A stretch of 64,000 nucleotides of DNA from Octopus sinensis (taxonomy: Eukaryota), in assembly GCF_006345805.1 (NCBI RefSeq), contig NC_043011.1, positions 63,872,464 to 63,936,463 of the forward strand. The letters run 5' to 3'. Positions 13,205 to 27,915 of the stretch are shown here, piece by piece; position 1 is the stretch's first letter, and each line of letters starts with the position of its first letter. The notes beneath the pieces are model-generated. The model worked only from the letters and a program-made list of their open reading frames with translations, was not told where the DNA came from and searched no databases. The position numbers were made by a program, and so were the translations under genes.

Positions 13205-13790
13205 AAATTTGGGGGAAGCCAGCAAATTTCGAGGGACACAGTGAATGGATTGCATTAACTTCGTTGCTATTCTGGTATTTATTTTATCGACCCCGCAACG
13301 ATGAATGTCAATCTCGATAGATTTTGATACCAGAAACCTAGATACGGATAAAATTACGCTAACCACTTTATCCGGTGTGCTAACTATTCTGCAAACTCAC
13401 CGTGAAACGTATTGTAACATGGATTTAAAATTTTGTCACGTGTCCAGGGAGATTAGGTAAGGTGTCAATTCAATTGCATTGTCCCCAGTACATAGATGAT
13501 ACCTAATTTACCCTCAGATGGGAGTAAATTCAAAGCCAACCTCGCAAGAATTTGTAATAAGTATGTGAAGACGGACATGCCGCTAAGCATTTTCGCAGAT
13601 GTCATAAATACCCCACCAGCTTGCTGTCCTAGGTATTTCTAATATTGGTTTCTAATTATGGTCCAAGGTCAGCGATTTTTGGTTGTCAGAATGTCCTTCA
13701 CACTGACACTGCAACCCAACTAGTATTTATTTTACCGAACCCGAAATTACGAAAGGCAAAATCGACTTCAACTGATTTTAGTTACTTCTA
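13205..13790 (-). mobile_element. Cluster of about three degenerate same-orientation SINE fragments
   Basis: Repeated ggtatttattttatcgaccc / gctaagcatttt / gaaaggcaaaatcgac motifs. Confidence 0.5.
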
Positions 13791-14663
13791 ATAGGAACAT
13801 TAGAAGATAATTGTGTTACATCCAAGTGCAATAAAATTTCCGTGCTAACATTTGACGGCAACGAAATTTTTTGAGAGCTATAATTGTAATGTTTAACATA
13901 GGTATTTAAATAGGTATGAAGCTTCCCTAAGGTATTAAAAGATTTGGAATGCAGTTATTACGGTGTTGAGTTTGCCGTAATAGATAAAGCACAGCATGTA
14001 GTTAGAAAGTTGGTTTATTCATATACGAATAGCGCTGAATGCTCACCGGGTGGAAGAAGCAGAGATAAAACTGCAATGAAGGACAGGAAAGAATGAGGAA
14101 AAAAAGCAGGAAAGAAAGGAGCTGCAAAGAAAGAGTTATAGAAGTAAACAGTGGAAAAACAAGAGAAATATGGATAGAAAGAAAAATACAGAGGCAGGAG
14201 TGGTTATGAAATAAAGGAGAAAAAAGCAGAAAAGGAGGAAAGTGGGAAAATAAAACAAAACAAAATGAAAGACATTCAAAATTGTTGGAATTGCTGAGTA
14301 AAAGAAAAGCAGGAAATGGAAGAATGGTGGGAAAAGAAATAAGGAATAAGGGAAAAGGAAACAAAGAAACGGTAAAAATTGTATAATTGATGCACGCGGA
14401 CTGACTCACATAAAATGGGTGATATTTGACTCATGCACTTCTATAGAAAACGAAAATCATTTCAGATTGGGAGAGGCGATGGCAAGATAAAAATTGATTT
14501 ATTACAATTGAAAAGTTAATGAAATGAGAGAGAATAAAACATTGAAGGCGATGGAGCAAGAAATAAAAAAAAATGTAATAACAAAGATAGTTTTAAATTT
14601 GGTAATACTTTGGAATGTTCACTTTAGATATTATGCAGCAAATTGAGTGCGAATATATACACA

Positions 14664-14702
<39 letters not shown>

Positions 14703-15019
14703 ACACACACACACACACACATACACACACACACACACACATATATTTATATATATATATATAAATATATATATATACCAGATTTTATGTAAGTTGCTTT
14801 GCGGGAGCAACTGTTTAATCGAAAGTGTATGTTATAATTGAACGCTCGAAATAGGAGACTAGAAAACCAGGCAACAACTGATGAGAAGTCGCGCTTTGTG
14901 TTGTTTGGTTTGCTTTCCATTTCTGTCTTTCGTTGTTCGAAAGAATAGTTCATGTTCCATGTACTCGTGCTTCGTATTTTCCTTTGTACACGTTTCGTGA
15001 TGTCCCTGTGCCCACATAA

Positions 15020-15128
<109 letters not shown>

Positions 15129-15189
15129 AGAGAGAGAGAGAGAGAAAGAGAAAGAGAGACAGACAGAGACATAGATAGATATAGAATTA

Positions 15190-15410
15190 GTAGGCTGTTA
15201 GTGGGTAGAATCGCTTGCATGCCGGGCAAAATACTTTGCAGAATTTCGTCAGTTTCCACCTTCAGATATAAAATTCCGCTGAGATCCACGTTGCCTTTTG
15301 TCCTTTCGGGTCGATAAATTAAGTACCATGAAACCCCGACGCCGCTGTAATTGACAGTCTCTTCCCCTAAATTTCCAAGCCTTGTGCCTTTAGTACAAAG
15401 TATTGTTGTT
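15190..15410 (+). mobile_element. Octopus-type SINE
   Basis: aaattccgctgag..gccttttgtcctttcgggtcgataaattaagtacc..ccctaaatttccaagccttgtgcc. Confidence 0.7.
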
Positions 15411-17559
15411 TATTGTAACGGAATGCATGTTCTTGTTTACTCGTAAATTCTTTTGCTCTTAATTTTGTCTTCCAAAGTGGTTCATTGCTTATTTTTTTCA
15501 ATATGCTTGTTAAAACCATCACTTCTGCATAGGGCCGGTTGGATTCGCTGTTTATGGCACTTTGGTGGGGCTCAAATCCGAAAAAAAATATACATTTTGT
15601 TTCGAAAATCAATTAATTTTAAAACAAACATAGTGAAGCCAACTTTACTGAAAGACATGGAAGGGTAAAAAGAAGGTAGCTCTGATTGAGGGGTGCGAGA
15701 CGAGACGCTGCCCTTCACCTTCTACACAAGTGGAAGCAGAAGCAAATATCCAACAAACTCAAAGCTCATTGGACCAGATTACTCCGAAAAGAAATAACAG
15801 CAGCAGATAGAGTAGTATCACAAAACAAAGAACCAATTCAAATAATGACAATGTATTCCCTACGATTAATTGGACATTACTTCACCAGCAGTAACAAGCC
15901 TACGAACATCCCCACCACCAACACTAAAACGAATAAAACTACGATAGAGTAACTAAACAAAAACAACTTAATCGTCAACAATAACGACAATACATTCCAA
16001 GCCAAGGCTGCGAAAAACTCACAGCTATTTGAAATAGATTGTCACATATTTGTTTAGCTGAGGCAGCTAAGAGAAAAGCACGGGCTGACGTTGTCATCAC
16101 CACTCCCCAGGTGTTGGCAGTACCAAAAATAAAAATAGACAGTTATTTATGTGTTTCTATTAGCACAAAGCAGCCGGAGACGGCCAGACAGACAGGTGTG
16201 TAAGATGCACTGCAAGACATAATGGCTGGCATTCAACGTATCTCCAGGGAGAAGCAGTTCGCGGTATTTCAGTGCTCTTTTAGTCTGAAGCTCTGCTCGT
16301 CAAGCACTCTGTGGTTCCAGGTCCAGGCACAAAACATGTGCTTCACCCGTTGTACAGATCTCAGGAATTCCATCGCAGGTAAATTTATGGTTGACTTTAG
16401 CGGGCTTTATGGTGGAATTTGAATGCACTATTTTAGAATACAGCCATGGAAACTGCTTACTGCGAACAGCAGTCCCCCCAAAGACACAACAAACCAGTAA
16501 CGATCAGTAATAAATCAGCCCCAAACCCAGCAACAACGGCATCATCAATACCAGTAAAACAAAATCAGTGAATGGTGGAAGATCACCAACACCAACAACG
16601 ACAGCAACACATGCGCCACCAACACTTCCTTCAACAACAGAAAGAATAATAACATTTAGAGGCATACATATCATCTAGGGGCTCTCCAAATGAAACTCTA
16701 TCACCACATCCATCTCTTTGTCTTGTCTAAATCCAAATACTTTTTAAGGATGCACATCCCGATTCTACACGGAGTTAAAACGAGTGAAACAGAGAAACCA
16801 AATACAGCAAAATGTAACCAAAATAAATATCATATCCAAGAACTCGAAGTTGGCAGGTGAAAACATCACAAATTTGGTGTCTGTACGGTCGACATAGATA
16901 GAATCCATAAGTAAGGTCCCGGACACTGAAAGCTCAATGCGTCCTTCCTTGCGTGACAAACATTTAGATACCGGGTCTGCAAGTTACTCTATCGGAAGCT
17001 GTCGGGTGCAACTGACAGCAACCGATGGTGAGTACACCTGAAAAGGCCTATTAGACTAGAAGGGGTAGGTTTTAGTACAGAAATACTGTTAGGGGATTCT
17101 TGTATTGAAGGAGACCTAGTTGGAAAGCTAGAGGTGGCTGGTGGTGAGATTGACTCTTGATTAATTCTTAATTCTTGATCAATTCTTCAACTTTGAAGGT
17201 TGTAATGTCATGAAGGCAAGGAAGCCGTTCCATGCTCGCGGGCCACAGAGGGACACGGCTGCAACAAAGACAACATAAACAAACCAACACCAGGTGTCAC
17301 CTGCTGGGTGGGGTGTCAAATATAAACACAAAATGCATGCACACGCATGCAGGCATGCATACATGTATATATAGATGTATGGATGAATGTAAGTCTATGT
17401 ATGTGAAAAGAAACGTGAAATTACCGACTCATAAGCGCGGGTATCCCGGGTTCATGTCGTATTTATGCCCCTCTTGTTTATTCACCGGTCCCTCACATTA
17501 TTATATGCAAGATTACATGCAAAACCAAGGCAAGCAAATGCGTGCCGAATTTCACAGGC

Positions 17560-19020
17560 ATTTTGAGGTGCTGTAGAAATCGCGTATTGAGTGTGCGATT
17601 GGTGTGGACTTAACTTCTTACCTCGGCAGTATTCGACGTTTCTCAGCCAGGTATGCATGGTTCCGAACAAGCGGAACACAGGAGACCAAACAGACAATTT
17701 TAGGCTCATAACTTACTGAACACAGATTATAAGATTTTGGCCAATATATTAGGCCTAAGCTGGTAGGAGAGGTAGAGATGTGTGCTAACTCAGTCACATC
17801 TACCCACGACACACTCCACGCCACGCATTACATTATAGAGATGGTACGTATGTGGCTTAGTATGGTAGGAACCCGATCAATTTGGATCAGTTATAAGCTT
17901 GTGATAGTGTCAACCATTAGTACTTTGAGGCTGCCCTCACATTGGCCTGTGTCGGTCCCGTTCTCAGAAACTAGATTGCTGCAATGTAGAGCGACATCTT
18001 TATGATTTTCGAAGTAAACAACGAGGTATCGGATCGCTTCGCATCACACGTTGGGTCCTTCAAGAATTCCCACCCACCCCCTTTTGTACGTGGTTGTTCT
18101 GAATCTATTACTAAGGAAGATGGCTATTTCTAGGTGTTTCCTACCTGGAGTAGGATGAACAATGTTTGTGTCTGCTTATACAGATAACGTCACCGCAATA
18201 ATTCGGACAGCTTAGAAATCGAGGTGATCCGTACTTATTTAAGGAAATGCGTAGCGGTGACAGGTGCAAAGATTATTCAGAAGATGTCAGTGGCCTTGCA
18301 GATCGGCACCTGGAAATGCAGGTCCAGACCAAGCCTCAGTATCGTAGGTGCCTGGACAGCAGGTCCGGTTAAATGGATCTATTACTAGTTTTGTAAAGTC
18401 CTCCAGGTGGATGAGAACTGGAACAGGCGACACGCAGTGTGGACTTCGTCACCCAGAAACGAGCAGAGAAGAGCTGTCCCTGAACAATCGGGTGAGGTCG
18501 GAAAACGAAACAACGCTTCCATCATCTACTAACATCTAACCGTCGACCGTTGCCATGCTTTGTGACTGACGAAGCTACAGCCCTTGCTCTTACGTGTTGT
18601 GTGGAAGGACGTGTTCTTCTCATCAGACAGTCCATCTGCAGTCGTTTGAGTGGATGACTACGCATGTCGTGGCTAATGATGTGCAGATGTAGGTTGAGGA
18701 TGCGCTATCTCCAACGTTTTCTCGGTCCGCTTTTGTGAAAAAGAATTTCCACAGTTAATCTCACTAAAGGATCAAGGGTAGACAGGGAATGGTTGCTCAG
18801 CACCTAGTGTGTGGGCAAGCGCTCACAACCCCCTACTAGTTGAGAAATAGGATCGATTGAAGTCCAACATTGGAGTTCTATAAGGGATTAGAGGCGGGTT
18901 AAGATTGGCAATCTCTTTGGGGAAAATCTGGGGGTCGGGATCGATCTGTTAGTTGGACATTTTTGGAGGATTTGTCCCACGTGACCCTTGTGTTGTATCG
19001 TCCATTCGTGGAAAATAGAG
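17560..19020 (+). mobile_element. L1/Tx1-clade retrotransposon RT pseudogene
   Basis: Broken frames: NFRLITLLNTDYKILANIL, INLDQ..ACDSVNH, PLLYVVVL, VSAYTDNVT, VTGAKII..SVALQIGTW. Confidence 0.75.
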
Positions 19021-19021
19021 A

Positions 19022-19172
<151 letters not shown>

Positions 19173-19273
19173 CATTCAGTAGTTTTATTTTTATAGCGTG
19201 CTTTCACTTCACTACCGAGCGCAGCTCTGTGTGACTTGGGTATGTGCTGTGATTTGTTGTGATGCTCTGATGG

Positions 19274-20089
19274 TTATTGTATGGAAAGTGTTATGCGTAG
19301 GATTTGTGCAGTGCCTAGTTGTGCAATTTTCTGTATGTTATATGTGTTTGTAAGTCTTGGTGTTTTTGTAATGTATTTGTCTGAATATTTTTTTATCATG
19401 CCTAATGCACCTACTATGATAGGAATTGTTTCTGTTTTTAGATTCAACATTCTAGTTACCTCTATTTCCAGGTCTTTGTATTTTGAGAGTTTCTCCATTT
19501 CTTTTAGAGACACGTTGTCATCTGCCGGTATTGATACATCAATTAGAAAGCATTTTTTTTCTTCATGATCTCTGACAACTATATCTGGTCTGTTGGCCTT
19601 AATTTCTCTATCTGTGTGTATCGGCATATCCCAGAGTATGGTTGCTTTCTCGTTTTCTGTGACCTTTTCTGGTGTGTGCCTATACCATCTTTTTTCTGTT
19701 GTTATTCCATAATGTTGGCATAGCTTCCAATGTATGTAGGTTCCAACTCTGTCATGTCTGTGAATATATTCCTTCTTAGCCAGGACTGGGCAGCTAGAGA
19801 TAATATGATTTATTGTTTCTTGTCCATCTCCACATATTCTGCAGTTACTTGTAATATTTCTTTTCATTACATGTTCTTGGTAATTTCTGGTGGGGAGGCT
19901 TTGGTCTTGTGCTGCAATTAAAAATCCCTCTGTTTCTGCTTTGAGTCCTGAGCTTCTCAACCATTGCTGGGATATTTCTTTGTCTATTTCTTTTGCGGTT
20001 AGCTTAGTGCAGTATTTACCATGAAGGGGTTTTTCTTGCCATCGTTTTATCATGGCTCGTTGCTGTTCTATTTTTAGTTTGGATTTCAT
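19274..20089 (-). pseudogene. Dong ORF C-terminus: CCHC knuckle plus PD-(D/E)xK restriction-like endonuclease
   Basis: 271-aa ORF: CRICGDGQETINHIISSC, NRPDIVVRD..FLIDVSIP. Confidence 0.9.
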
Positions 20090-20122
20090 TTGTTTTAAAG
20101 CTTTTGTTGTTTCTTCTTCATC

Positions 20123-21200
20123 TTATTCTTCTTCTTTGTGTTTATTAGGTGGTATGATTTCTTGTTTGTATTTGTCAGCTTCCTTAAATACTGAGAACAG
20201 TTTTTTGTTTTGCTCGTGTTTTGCTGCTATCTGGATCAGTTTTCCTTCCGTCTGAAGTAGGTATTTTTGCAGTCCTATGGTGGTTATTTTATAGTAGTTT
20301 TCCAGCTGTATAAGGCCTCTACCACCTTCTATACGTTGTATATATAGTCTTTCTATGTCAGAGTTTGGGTGATGCATCCTAGATCCTGTCAGTTTTTTTC
20401 TTGTTTTCCTATCTATTTTGGACAGTTCATTTCGTGTCCAGTTAAGGATATTGTAGCTGTAACTTATAATTATGACAGCTAAAGTGTTGATACCTATTAT
20501 CTTGTTTTTAGCATTGAGCTCTGTTTTCAGTATTGATCTAACTCGTCTGTAATATTCTTTTTTTAATTTCTCTTTCATTTGTGTGTGTTGTGTCTTATCT
20601 AGTTCATGGATTCCTAAGTATTTGTAAGTTTGGCTTTGGTCTAATTCTTTTATTTCATTGGTTTTATCTAGTGTGATGTTGTTACTCTTAACTAGTTTTC
20701 CTCTTTTCAGGGTTACTTTGGCGCAATTTTCTAATCCAAATTTCATATCTATTTCTTTGGTAAATCCATGAACTGTCTTTAATAGTGTTTCCAGTTGTTT
20801 GTCATTTGTGGCGTTTAGTTTTAGGTCATCCATATATAAAAGGTGGCTGATCGTTTTGCCGTAACATTTATATTCGCATCCACTGCTGTTTAGCATATCC
20901 GATAGAGGTGACAGTGCAAACCAGAAAAGGAGTGGAGAGAGCGTGTCTCCATGAAATATTCCTCTTCTTATCGGGATGCCTTTGGTTTTCACGAGGACTT
21001 CTTTTGATTGGAGCTGTAGCACTGTCTGCTATTTATTCATAGAGTGTCCTATGTATTTTATAATTGTTGGTGTAAGTTTGTTAATGGCTAGTGTTTCGAG
21101 GATCCATGTGTGGGGGATGCTATCAAACGCCTTTTTGTAGTCGATCCAGGCCATACTGAGGCCTTTCTTCTTTCTTTGGCTATCTTCAGTTATGGCTTTA
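20123..21200 (-). pseudogene. Dong reverse transcriptase domain (one stop, frameshifted from the RLE part)
   Basis: 299-aa ORF with YMDD, plus the upstream in-frame AWIDYKKAFDSIPHTW. Confidence 0.9.
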
Positions 21201-22795
21201 GGTGACCTGCAGTGATTTCTATTTTATTTTTGCCATGTTCTTGGTAGAACTTTTTTGGGTTGGAGTGGAACTTTTTGTTTTGTTCAAAGAAATGTTGGCG
21301 TTTTTGTACCGGCGGATCGTTTGTGTTTTGGCAAGGATATCTTGCTTTAGCTTTTCTTTTATATCAGGTAGATCTTTTTCTGTGATGTTGTATTTTCGGA
21401 GTATTTTTGTTTTCTTTTTGTTGCTTAGTAGCGTTGATTGTCTACTGATTTCATTAAGAATCGACAGATATTTTCTCATTTTTTGTATTTTGTTTTGGAT
21501 GTTATTTATCCACAGGGCTTGTTTGGGTGGTGGTACTGCTGTTTGGATGGGTTTGAGTGATTATCCAGCTTATTTTGTGGCTGCAGTGGCTGCTGCGTAT
21601 ACTAAGTCATTTAGCACAGTGATATCGCTTTTTGTTTCAGTGGCTATTAGTTCCGTGACGCCTAGATTTATGCTGTTTATAATTGGTGTTGTTGTTTCGT
21701 CTATTTTGATTTTTGGGAGGTATGGTCGGTGGTCCATTTTGAGCTCTGTGGTTTTCAGTTTTTTGATTATTCTACTTTTTATATTATCATAATTATTAGG
21801 CTCCCCTTCGTTGTTTCCAGGTTTTCGATTTGTGTCGCTTTCTTTCTCATTCGTATGTTTGTTTGTCGTGTTTTGGCTTGCTGTTTGTCGTGTATTATTA
21901 TGTATCCTTACAGTCTGGGTTTGTTGTTTTTTTTTACATCTTGTTTGTTTGAAATGTTACGTTTGTTTTCTTGTTTGTCTGTTTCAGTGTTTATATTATT
22001 TGGCATTGTTGTGTGGCTTCTATCTATATTTTCCTGAGGTATTTTTCCTTTTAAATGTTCTATTTCTATTAATGATATTTCTTTTGCGTTGAGAATATAT
22101 CTCCCTATATTTGCTAGTTTCTTTGGGTTCATTGCTGTATCCAGGTCTTTATTTATGTTATTTTGCTTCCATATTTTATATATATATGTTGTGTTTTCGC
22201 TCTTTTGTTAGAGCACTGCTGTAAAGTAAGCGTGTAGGATTGAAATGTATTCCTCAAGTGTCCATTTATGCCTTTTTGGTTTTATTTGCGGGACATGAGG
22301 AACAACGTCCGGCCCATTATTTTGACGGTCGTCATTTTCGTAGGGTACCGGTCCGTTCATTTCTGTTGTCACATTGTTTTGCACGTGTAGTTTTTCGTGC
22401 ATTTTATGTTATAAGTTTAACGTACGTCCTTCCCGATTGTTATTCTTCGGTTGAATAATACCGGTATTATTTAATTAATTCGTTGTTCCTTTGTACATGG
22501 TGTTTGGGGCCGGAGATGATCTGGTGTTGATGGATCGTAATATATCAAGCATGTTTACATGTGCTGTGTTTGAGGTGGAGATGATATCGTGTTAAAATAC
22601 ACAATTTCGTTTGGAGAGTAGCAATAAATTTCAATGAGTATTACCTACTCGGATATAGTCCAATCCTTTGTCAGTTATTTTTTAGCTCCATGCGATGTCT
22701 TTGTTTCCGATGTTTGTGGATAGATTTCGGATCACTGCATTTTCGCTCTCACATGTTAAACGTCCCCGGTGTTCTCTCTCTCCCCGGTGTTCTCT

Positions 22796-22814
22796 ATTAT
22801 CATTATCATTATTA

Positions 22815-22845
<31 letters not shown>

Positions 22846-22878
22846 AATTATTATTATTATTATTAACAATATTTTTAT

Positions 22879-22940
<62 letters not shown>

Positions 22941-23046
22941 AGAAGAAGATAAAGAAGAAGAAGAAGAAGAAGAAGAAGAAGAAGAAGAAGAAAAGAAGAA
23001 GAAGAAGAAGAAGAAGAAGAAGAAGAAGAAGAAGAAGAAGAAGAAG
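22796..23046. repeat. (ATT/ATC)n + (AGT)n + (AAG)n compound array at the Dong 5' end
   Basis: Direct reading. Confidence 0.95.
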
Positions 23047-23049
23047 ATC

Positions 23050-23170
23050 TCATATATACCTGCAGAAGTAAGACCCCGCTCTCTTTGAAATATTAAAAGG
23101 AACCGGGCAACGTTCTTTCGCTAAATTTGAACAATCGTTATATGCTGCAACACCTACGAAAACCAAAAAT
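23050..23170 (+). repeat. Dispersed repeat, related copy at ~62740-62850
   Basis: tacctgcagaag(t/c)(a/g)aga(c/a)ccc..ctttgaaa shared by both loci. Confidence 0.4.
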
Positions 23171-23594
23171 GGTTTTTAATTTTCAAATCCTTATATTTGT
23201 CATGGAATTACTAACTGTAGTATGCATTCTTAATGGAACCGACACACACACACATACGCACTCACACACACATACACATACACATATATGCATAAACATA
23301 GACTTAATATATTTACCAACAAATGCAAGCGTTATAAAACCTATATCTTTTTGTAGTTTTGAATAATTTGGAGGAGCAATCAAGTATTTCGACTCATTGT
23401 TTGGTACCTACATGCTTTTGTTCCGTTTGAAAGGATTATCTCATTTCAAGACTTGAAGAATATAGAACAAAATTTTACGAAAACTATTTCGTACGTAAAA
23501 AAAGAAGAAACACATCATTAATACATACCTATTTCTTTACTACCCACAAGGTGTTAAGCACAGAGAGGACAAACAAACGGATTAAGCCTATTAT

Positions 23595-23752
23595 ATGGAT
23601 CGCAGTGCATAACTGGTACTTATTTAATCGATCCCAAAAGGATGAAAGGCAAAGTCGACCTCGGCGGAATTTGAACTCAGAACTTAGCGGCAGACAAAAT
23701 ACTGCTATGCCTTTCGCCCGGCGTGCTAACGTGTCTGCCGGCTCGCCGCCCT
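23595..23752 (-). mobile_element. Octopus-type SINE, well preserved
   Basis: ggatgaaaggcaaagtcgacctcggcggaatttgaactcagaac..cgcccggcgtgctaacg..gccggctcgccgcc. Confidence 0.85.
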
Positions 23753-25844
23753 CATTCATACATACCGCCGAATCTCCAGTTCCAAATGATTATGAGGATA
23801 GATATTATTCTTTTTTCTAAAAATTGATTATTCGAATATAGGTGTAAATTGAAAAAACCCTTCTATGTAATTTGTTATATCAAATATAGAAATAATTATA
23901 AAATTATCTGTAGTATTGAGATTAATATTGTGAACGTAGTATCCCATGATAGGCAAGATGATAATATCGAAATACCTTACCGACATAATTGTGTTGTAGA
24001 CGGAATTGCGTGTTTTCGATTTAATGATGATATCAAGTAATATTCGAATCATATTTTTCTAGCAGGTGATGAGTTATAGAATACTTTTAATGCAATTGAA
24101 GGTGTTTAAATTTATATGAAGGTGCCAAAAATATTTTAATGGCATCAGATGTTCTATTTGAATTTCTGGAATTCTTTTAGCTACGCTATAAATTTCATAA
24201 TTTATATTATTTTGACATGCGCATCATTCAGATTTGAAAAGGTCCAATGGTGATCTTTCCAAACTTGTAATCGAAAATTTGTTTTCAGGTAAAGGTTTAT
24301 ACAATTTTCTCAAGAATTTGGACTCTTTCATTCGTTGTTTTAATGTGAACGTTTATTCAAACACGGCATTTACATTTCGACACTCGTGATGACGTTGGGG
24401 AATGCAGCGCTATTAATAGCCAAAATCCTACTCATGATTCTTGTCTACCGATTCAACAAGGAGACGTTGTTCTAAGAACTATATTAACTTTTATGTTGTA
24501 AATACGCTCGAAATTAAAAGACCAGGAGGAAAGTATATTTTTAAAAATAAATTTACAAACAAAGAGACAAAGAGAGTGTTACAAAACAATTAACAAACAA
24601 ACTGAGTAATAGAATTAAGTGAAGAAAGAATGTTAACAAAATGTATTTGCGAATTCTTTTCCAGATTTGTTTCCTCTATTTTCAAAATGAATATTTCGTG
24701 AAGACAATTATATAGCTTCTGTCAAGATTGCGTTAAATTTCGCATTGTAATGTGGTTAGAAGAATAGCGGGGTGATAAAATAAGTATCAGATCAAATTGC
24801 ATTTACATATACATATACATACGTATACGTACTCACTGCATTGCGACTAAAAACTATTCGCAGAATCGATGCATCACCATTCTGCTGTTTAGATAGATCG
24901 ATGGTCTCTGTTTTTGTTCTGCTTTAATAAGATTGAATTATGGGTGACCAGAATTGACCGGTTTGTTGAGACGGTATCGAACTATTCTCTACAGTACAGG
25001 CTCGGGGATTGTTCGAGTTTTCTCGTCAGCTCAAGCAACTCCCGTTACCGCTATGCTTAAGGGCAAATTAGGCCTAAATTTATTCTTCCTTGCCTGTCCA
25101 TTTAAGTCGAGATGGGTAGTCTGATTGATTGTAAATAGATACCGTGAAGAAGTCTCATCAATTAGCAGACACTATCAAGAGGCACTATCTTCACCATCGG
25201 TTCTCTGAGAAGAACACATTACACTATGTAGTGCGTTTCGCGCGAAGAACATATGGTGGTAACTGTGTCTCTCGACGTCTATATTTAAGTGCGTGGTGAG
25301 GCACAAACCAAACCCTTGTTATAATTATTTATAAAATGTACCTTTGAGGTTTTATTTTGACGCTGACAAATTAGTATAAATCATTAATGATTTTTTTCCC
25401 TTTTATTATTATTATTATTTTTATTATATATATATATATATATTGGTGTATGAAAGAGACTGAGATGGAACACATGAAAAGGTGATTGAGAGATGCATAA
25501 CGTCGTATTATATCTTACATAGATGTACGTCGGTAATGAATAAATAACTGTATAATCTTACCAACAATAAAGAAGAAAAATATTATGAACCGTTCCATCG
25601 TGCACATTCATGTTCGCTTCAACAATTGTATTTTTTGTTGCAACGTTAGGTGCCATTGTGTCAAAAATAATGTGGATTTGTGTAACACATGTTTGTCCAT
25701 ACCTTCTTCAAGCATTATCATCTGATGTACATATCATACCCAAGTAATTTTCAATTATAAAATTGATTTATGTTGCAGTTTACTATTTGCATATCCTTAA
25801 AACGTCTGTGTAGGTATCAGTTTTCTCCCTGCATGCATGCATAC

Positions 25845-26420
<576 letters not shown>

Positions 26421-26739
26421 TGGACCACCAATATAGAAACAGCTGTAGGAGTAGAGATGTTATCATTTATTTTTATTTATTTACTTATTTATTTACTTAT
26501 ACATATGGTTATGGTAATAAGTAGATCTTGCTGACGTTTGAGCCTCTTCTCCATTTTCTTCCTTGCCTTATATAAATTCTGGATAAACATTTGTTTAGCT
26601 CCAAATATACCTATTATTCAATTGTACTATTGCCTTGCAACAATAAACCTTTGATTATAAATAGGTATCCCTCTAATAGTATATTGGATATTTATTATCC
26701 TTTAGATGGTTGTCTAAACTCTAACTCATATACACGTAA

Positions 26740-26787
26740 TTATATATATATGCATATATTTATATATGTATATATATATATATATGT

Positions 26788-26838
<51 letters not shown>

Positions 26839-26868
26839 TAGATAGATAGATATAGATATATAGATATA

Positions 26869-26917
<49 letters not shown>

Positions 26918-26931
26918 ATATACATACACAC

Positions 26932-26963
<32 letters not shown>

Positions 26964-26969
26964 ATATAC

Positions 26970-27055
<86 letters not shown>

Positions 27056-27075
27056 GTATATATGTATGTATGTAT
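26740..27075. repeat. Compound (TA)n array
   Basis: Direct reading. Confidence 0.95.
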
Positions 27076-27379
27076 GTGTTGAAAGATTAATGATTATATA
27101 TTGAGACCTGCATATAAAGATCCTTCTACGCCCTTCGCATATACGTATATTCACACATAGATCTTCGCAATTTATACAATCTTAGGTTTTCACTTTTTCC
27201 TTTCTTTCTCTCTAACTCGTAGGTTCACAGATTGAACAATACAAATGTTCGCCTTTTTTCCGTCTTACACGAATTTAGTTCACTCCGCATCGATATCTCT
27301 GAATATATTGTTGTGGCGGACCCTCAAGGCGAGAACTGGGCTTGTCCACTACTTATTACGTGGAGACGATGAAATATGT

Positions 27380-27570
27380 TGTCATCATGGGATATATCAC
27401 TGGCGACGCACGTTCGGGCAATATCGCCACCGGGACATATCATATCTATTGAAGCGGAAACAGCCGACAACCACATTGAAAACGTCTGGAATTTGGAAGA
27501 GAGCAGAAGTGAACATAATTTTGAGATCCTGTCATATATTGGAAGGGGACAATTTAGATAATTTAGAAAG
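27380..27570 (+). mobile_element. Possible Naiad/Chlamys-type PLE GIY-YIG relic
   Basis: Frameshifted QPTTTL..VWNLEE..HNFEI resembles the T.LS.H.W.LK...Y.I.W pattern. Confidence 0.3.
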
Positions 27571-27849
27571 CCCAGCACTAAATAGCAGCGGTCATACAAA
27601 TATCCCCTCCCACCCTGATTTCACGAGACGTAATCTCAACTTTCTTGGGTTTGTTTGTGTCTTTGTTTAAAAAAAAACATGTAGTTGATGACTAGGCTGG
27701 GGGAACTGATGCGAGCGAGAAAATTCCTCTAGCTCTACTAATGGCTTCAGCTGGTGAGATAGCCCCCATGATTAGCTTTGCAGATTATATAAACCCCCGG
27801 AGTTGTTGTTTACCTGCAACATGGATTGGAAGGAAGTTACATGTGGCCT

Positions 27850-27915
27850 GAGAAAAATATCAGGCAGTGCTCCTGTATGGCCGCACTCAAATGACTGAAA
27901 CAAGTAAAAGAATAC
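27850..27915 (+). mobile_element. SINE 3' end
   Basis: tggccgcactcaaatgactgaaacaagtaaaagaa. Confidence 0.55.

Larger units (their letters stand above)
19173..22795 (-). mobile_element. Near full-length Dong/R4-clade non-LTR retrotransposon (RT plus restriction-like endonuclease), internally deleted, inserted in (TAA)n
   Basis: N-terminal RHKWTLEEYISILHAYF; RT motifs WIDYKKAFDSIPH, GIFHGDTLSP, LLYMDD; CRIC..H..C zinc knuckle; RPDIVV..LIDVSIP..EKLSKYKDL RLE; (TAA)n on both sides. Confidence 0.9.

Noticed and set aside
14878-14955. CTGATGA..GAAA pair
   Set aside because: No consistent stems I and II; compatible with chance
16285-16378. Exon-like segment with strong donor CAG|gtaaat (similar isolated candidates at ~36165-36245 and ~29830-30030)
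   Set aside because: No recognisable homology and no phase-linked neighbours; splice-like signals are common by chance
22640-22795. HDV-like ribozyme at the Dong 5' end
   Set aside because: Could not assemble the nested double pseudoknot by eye; needs a descriptor search
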